Shown here: positions 31,009 through 32,000 of the stretch, in pieces
Position numbering within the stretch: position 1 is the first letter of the stretch
Layout of the letters: each line of letters begins with the position of its first letter
Assembly (NCBI GenBank): GCA_019056805.1
Contig: DXJG01000002.1
Span: forward strand, 7,855 to 39,854
Reading direction: 5' to 3'
Origin: Candidatus Baldrarchaeota archaeon
Lineage (GTDB): Archaea > Asgardarchaeota > Baldrarchaeia > Baldrarchaeales > DXJG01
DNA: 32,000 nt
The notes under the pieces: model-generated
The model's input: the letters and a program-made list of their open reading frames with translations, nothing else
Told to the model about the DNA's origin: nothing
Database searches by the model: none
Translations under genes and position numbers: made by a program

Positions 31009-31575
31009 TTAAAAGGGGAGATTTGCTTGTCTTAAACGACTTTTTAAAAATTTAATTCCCTCGTCGACAGCTTTTAGGTTTATATTTCTCATAGATTCGG
31101 GAACAATATCAGTTATCGCTCTTTTTAATGAGTTTTCGGATACAATCTTTGTGAATCTAGCCGCCGCTGCAATAATAACAATATTAGCGACCATGCGATT
31201 TCCTATTACTTTCTCCGCGATCTCTATTGCCGGAACACCCAAAGTCTTAAGTTTTTTTCTTTTCGGAATATCTTTAACTAAGCTTTGCTCAAAAATGAGG
31301 TTTCCATCATCCTTTAGGTAAGGTAAATATCTTTTTAATCCATCTTGGCTCATTGCAATTAATATGTCACATTTTCTAACCTTTGGATAATTTATTTTTT
31401 TGTCATTCATTATAATTTCGCTCTTCGCAGCAGTGCCACGAGCCTCTGCACCATAACTTTGAGTTTGGACGACTTCCTTATTTTCGTAAATAGCTGCAGC
31501 TCTAGCTAAAATTCTACCAGCTAGTACGACTCCCATTCCGCCAATTCCAACAATTATAATCTCAATTCTTGTCAT
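31009..31575 (-). CDS. 2-oxoacid:ferredoxin oxidoreductase, gamma subunit
   Basis: 188 aa with IIIVGIGGMGVVLAGRILARAA and TQSYGAEARGTAAKSEI, typical of the KOR/POR gamma subunit. Substrate not assignable. Confidence 0.88.
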   Translation of the reverse strand: MTRIEIIIVGIGGMGVVLAGRILARAAAIYENKEVVQTQSYGAEARGTAAKSEIIMNDKKINYPKVRKCDILIAMSQDGLKRYLPYLKDDGNLIFEQSLVKDIPKRKKLKTLGVPAIEIAEKVIGNRMVANIVIIAAAARFTKIVSENSLKRAITDIVPESMRNINLKAVDEGIKFLKSRLRQANLPF

Positions 31576-32000
31576 TGTTTTCCCTCACTAAACGAATTAT
31601 CTTATAGATATTGCTAATAAACCCAGGTCTATCTCTATCTGCAAACTCTCCAACTATAATCTTATCTTCTGTTTCTTTTACATTCTGAGCTTGGTTAATA
31701 TGAATACTTTGTTTTTGAAACCATTTCATAAGATCTATACCTGTAGGTTTACCTATTCTTCTTCCAAAAGCTGTAGGACACTGCGAAACAACTTCTATAA
31801 AGCGAAACCCCTCCTTTTTTAATGCCTTCTTTATCGATCTAATAAGTTGCCTTACGTGCACAGTTGTCCACCGTGCCACAAAATTCGCTCCAGCACTTTC
31901 AACTAATCTTACAAGATCAAAGGGATATTCAGGATTGCCATAAGGTGTAGTAGTAGTTGTAACGCCGTGAAGCGTAGTGGGACCTACTTGACCACCAGTC
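31562..32000 (-). CDS. 2-oxoacid:ferredoxin oxidoreductase, beta (TPP-binding) subunit, C-terminal part; gene continues beyond the right edge
   Basis: The frame stays open upstream of the track's GTG at 31879 through to nt 32000 (TGGQVGPTTLHGVTTTTTPYGNPEYPFDLVRLVESAGANFVARWTT...). Overlaps the gamma gene by 14 nt. Confidence 0.85.
   Translation of the reverse strand, partial: TGGQVGPTTLHGVTTTTTPYGNPEYPFDLVRLVESAGANFVARWTTVHVRQLIRSIKKALKKEGFRFIEVVSQCPTAFGRRIGKPTGIDLMKWFQKQSIHINQAQNVKETEDKIIVGEFADRDRPGFISNIYKIIRLVRENNDKN

Overview
AT-rich archaeal chromosomal segment. It is probably from a thermophile, because the tRNA stems are almost pure G-C against a much more AT-rich background. Most of the window is core information-processing genes. 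Left to right: etfA (5'-partial), the methylmalonyl-CoA mutase catalytic subunit, tRNA-Thr, a membrane/coiled-coil hypothetical, rpiA, a PIN-ATPase, a tRNA-splicing endonuclease homologue, a HycI-type hydrogenase protease, mtnA and an HTH-phosphoribosyltransferase regulator. Then come tRNA-Asp and the RNA polymerase operon rpoH-rpoB(unsplit)-rpoA1-rpoA2-rpl30e-nusA-rps12, followed by EF-1alpha-rps10, tRNA-Ser, archease, a wHTH regulator, a SPOUT methylase and rpl3-rpl4-rpl23-rpl2. Next is a small ribbon-helix-helix ORF absent from the ORF track that overlaps the ftsZ start, then an Sm-like protein. After a 545-bp AT-rich gap comes a compact TFB-paralog / type IV filament ATPase / Flp-like prepilin operon, then tRNA-Met(CAU) and the 2-oxoacid:ferredoxin oxidoreductase gamma and beta (partial) subunits. 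Main points for a second look: (1) the TFB-ATPase-Flp triad has no platform protein or prepilin peptidase; (2) all four tRNA genes carry introns, six in total, three at non-canonical D-arm, D-loop and T-loop positions, and the window also holds archease and an EndA homologue whose catalytic His appears replaced by Val; (3) a sharply bounded island (608-4190) has inverted codon and strand composition, centred on mirror-image G-depleted and C-depleted low-complexity tracts flanking tRNA-Thr; (4) the CdrS-like RHH ORF looks translationally coupled to ftsZ. I found no CRISPR array, rRNA, transposase or integrase. All family assignments come from reading motifs by eye; no database search was run.
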